DNA of 64,000 bases from an uncultured delta proteobacterium (GTDB taxonomy: Bacteria > Desulfobacterota > BSN033 > UBA1163): NCBI GenBank assembly GCA_963827685.1, contig CAWHBU010000001.1, forward strand, positions 160,001-224,000, in the 5' to 3' direction. Shown piece after piece: positions 61,798 through 64,000 of this stretch. The stretch's first letter is position 1. Each line of letters opens with the position of its first letter. The notes beneath the pieces were generated by a model. That model did no database searches. It was not told where the DNA came from and saw nothing but the letters and a program-made list of their open reading frames with translations. The position numbers and the translations under genes are program-made.

Positions 61798-63036
61798 TTC
61801 TTTTTTGGAGAAGGCGTAAAAGATGAGGCTTGCGGTCATACCCAAAAAGCAGATGAGGAAGGAAAGGTGATAAGCTTCAGCCGGATAAGAAGAGCCTGTC
61901 CGGGGGAAGGATTTAATGACTCCCCCTAATGCTGGCATGAAAAGGGCTGGGCCGCCCATCGTAAAAAAATTGACGCCCGCCATCACTGTACCCGAAATGG
62001 CGATGGGAAAGAGCTCTTTAGCATGGGCGTAGACCACCATCCCGAAACTGCAGAAAAAACCGATGAAGAAGAAGAGGAGACCAAACCAGAAAGGGGACTG
62101 AAGCTTCACGACTCCAATCAGGGGGAGTAGACTCAGACAATAAAGACTTAATCCCCCTAACGCGGCTCCTTTCCTGGAATGAAACGTCCGATCAGAGAGC
62201 CACCCCGCAATGGGGCCACCCACAATGATTCCAAAGGCAAGGAAGATGATCAGATTACCTGTTTGGATAGGAGAATATCCCTTGATGTCTATAAGATAAG
62301 GTCCCAACCATAAACCCTGAAGGCACACAAAAGTTCCGTATCTAAAAAAGGCAATGGCTCCGATCTGCCAGAAGGTAAGAGAACCAAGGATCAATCGGAA
62401 AGATTGTAGAATCCTTATCTTCGGTTGAGATGAGGGAGAAGAAGCAAGGCCCTCGATGTTTTTCCTCTCTCCGCCTAAAACCCAAAAGGTGAGAAAGGCA
62501 AGAAGAGCTGTCACCACACCGGCAATAACGAAAGTCATCCGCCATCCTATAGTGGAAGTGAGAAAAGCCAGAGGAGAGGCAGCAAAAACATTTCCCAATG
62601 CTCCAATGGCTTGCATGAGGCCTATGAGAGTGACAAACTCCTTAGGAGGAAATTTTATTACGAAGATCTTCATGGAGCCCATTAGGACAGAAGCCATTCC
62701 GACTCCAATGAGGATTCTTCCAAGAAGCGCTACAGGAAATGAATTCCCAAAGGCAAACACAAATGCTCCCAATGCCCCAATCATTGAAAAAGAAGTTATC
62801 ACGATGCGTGGACCAATTCGATCAAGCATCGGCCCCATCGGGATTTGAAACAGGGCAAAGGAGTAGAAGAAGGCCCCTCCGAGAATGCCGAGGGTTTCTG
62901 CATCAAGCCCCAGGTCATGCATGAGATTGGGAGCGATCACGGCACTTGAAACACGATAAAACATGGAAAGGGTAAAGAGGGCTGAGAGAATAGAAAAAAT
63001 GAAGAAGCGTTTGGAAGATTGGGATATCTCTGTCAT
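61759..63036 (-). CDS. MFS transporter
   Basis: GPMLDRIGPR, GRILIGVG, IGWR, GWLSDR. Confidence 0.93.
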   Translation of the reverse strand: MTEISQSSKRFFIFSILSALFTLSMFYRVSSAVIAPNLMHDLGLDAETLGILGGAFFYSFALFQIPMGPMLDRIGPRIVITSFSMIGALGAFVFAFGNSFPVALLGRILIGVGMASVLMGSMKIFVIKFPPKEFVTLIGLMQAIGALGNVFAASPLAFLTSTIGWRMTFVIAGVVTALLAFLTFWVLGGERKNIEGLASSPSSQPKIRILQSFRLILGSLTFWQIGAIAFFRYGTFVCLQGLWLGPYLIDIKGYSPIQTGNLIIFLAFGIIVGGPIAGWLSDRTFHSRKGAALGGLSLYCLSLLPLIGVVKLQSPFWFGLLFFFIGFFCSFGMVVYAHAKELFPIAISGTVMAGVNFFTMGGPALFMPALGGVIKSFPRTGSSYPAEAYHLSFLICFLGMTASLIFYAFSKKERRGDPEKRRQRE

Positions 63037-63167
63037 TTTACATCTCTGTATTTAGAATAATCCCCCCTTTCTTTAAAGATGGTAAGGATAAGTTTTACTT
63101 GAAATAGACCAAAGATATCCCGCTGACACGGGATCTTTGGATAAGGGTTGAAGTCGGGAGTATGATG

Positions 63168-63326
63168 CTAAACCTTTTCAAACATATCTTTGGGAGCGCC
63201 GCACACAGGACAAACCCAACTTTCAGGGAGTTTATTAAAAGGTGTGTTCGGGGGGATATTCCCGTCAGGATCGCCCTTTTCGGGATCGTAAATATAACCG
63301 CAGACATTACATTTCCATTTTTCCAT
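63168..63326 (-). CDS. Rubredoxin
   Basis: Below the ORF cutoff; [40 protein letters not shown]. Confidence 0.97.
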   Translation of the reverse strand: MEKWKCNVCGYIYDPEKGDPDGNIPPNTPFNKLPESWVCPVCGAPKDMFEKV

Positions 63327-63350
63327 CTCGATCTCCTATCCGAATTCAAA

Positions 63351-63393
63351 TTCACCCCCTTCCCCTCCTCCCTCTTGAGGGAGAGGGGGGGCG
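63351..63393. repeat. C-rich/G-rich hairpin element
   Basis: CCCCCTTCCCCTCCTCCCTC-tt-GAGGGAGAGGGGGG. Confidence 0.7.
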
Positions 63394-63401
63394 CTTTGCG
63401 A

Positions 63402-63848
63402 CTATTTCAATACTTCATCATCGTAGAGTTTTTCAATGTAATACTTGTGCTTGCTCTCCTCCTGAATCAGAAAGGTGAAGAGATTTCCAAGATTTTCATC
63501 TTGGTTCTTCCCATTCAAATCCGTATAAAGTTTTACCGAACGTTCTTCTCTCTTCATTGCCATTCGGAGAATGTCTCCGTAAGGAATATCGGGCTTTAAT
63601 TCGGCTTCAACCATATAATCACTGATCTTCAGATTCGGAATTTTCTCGATCTTTCCCAATATGATTTTTCCTGCTCGCACCTCTTCGAGCTTTCTTTTGT
63701 GCCCCTCTTCCTGCTTCATAAAGTCCAAAAAAAGATCCTTGGTCCCAGAGTGTTTTACCATTTTGCTTGCTTTGTCATAAAAATCCATCGATTCGATCTC
63801 TCTTTGAATGGCAAATTGGATAATCTCCTTAAATTTCTTCTCGTCCAT
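63402..63848 (-). CDS. Rubrerythrin-like ferritin-family protein
   Basis: AIQRE..FY..EEGH and AMKRE..LY..EESKH. Confidence 0.92.
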   Translation of the reverse strand: MDEKKFKEIIQFAIQREIESMDFYDKASKMVKHSGTKDLFLDFMKQEEGHKRKLEEVRAGKIILGKIEKIPNLKISDYMVEAELKPDIPYGDILRMAMKREERSVKLYTDLNGKNQDENLGNLFTFLIQEESKHKYYIEKLYDDEVLK

Positions 63849-63954
63849 AACGGCTCCTTTCTATCAATGGCCTTTTCCTAATTCGTCCATATTTTTGAAA
63901 TATTTACCATTCTATGGGATAGTTTTTTTAGGGTCAAGATAAAAGTGATTTTTA

Positions 63955-63987
63955 GATCGGTGATGAGTGATAGGGTGATTGGGTGAA
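63955..63987. repeat. Arm of an octamer-periodic element
   Basis: GATCGGT GATGAGT GATAGGGT GATTGGGT. Confidence 0.5.
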
Positions 63988-64000
63988 TGTAAGATTCTCC

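Noticed and set aside
63095-63599. ORFs 63095-63355 and 63162-63599
   Set aside because: They overlap the real rubredoxin gene (63168-63326) in other frames or on the opposite strand.

Overview
Replication-origin region of a bacterial chromosome; gene content and style suggest an anaerobic deltaproteobacterium (Desulfobacterota-like), which is an inference. Left arm (1-30.3 kb, minus strand): gyrA, dnaA, dnaN, gyrB, coaE, rho, rpmE, prfA, prmC, murA, a his cluster interrupted by kdsA-like/tal/hypothetical genes, pgpA, frameshifted cinA, dapA, thpR, recA, pilT-like, alaS, gltX. Centre (plus strand): rpmH-rnpA-yidD-yidC-jag-mnmE, two parS sites, then accessory genes and a sigma54-type small-protein operon. 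Right part (43-64 kb): a redox/oxygen-defence region (ferritin-like proteins, Rieske plus cytochrome b/c fusion, cytochrome bd, Tat-signal SOD, rubredoxin) and one intact IS4-family element. The main unexplained signal is a dense set of nested, transposase-less palindromic elements. These include 19-34 nt CCTGCC..GGCAGG hairpins inserted without target duplication into other repeats (filled and empty sites both visible here), three gap-free 136-bp heptamer-periodic elements, and a 108-bp nested in-frame insertion in prmC. Also found: an unannotated 53-aa candidate selenoprotein (60631-60792) and a 408-codon overlapping ORF inside the IS. No rRNA, tRNA or CRISPR array was seen.
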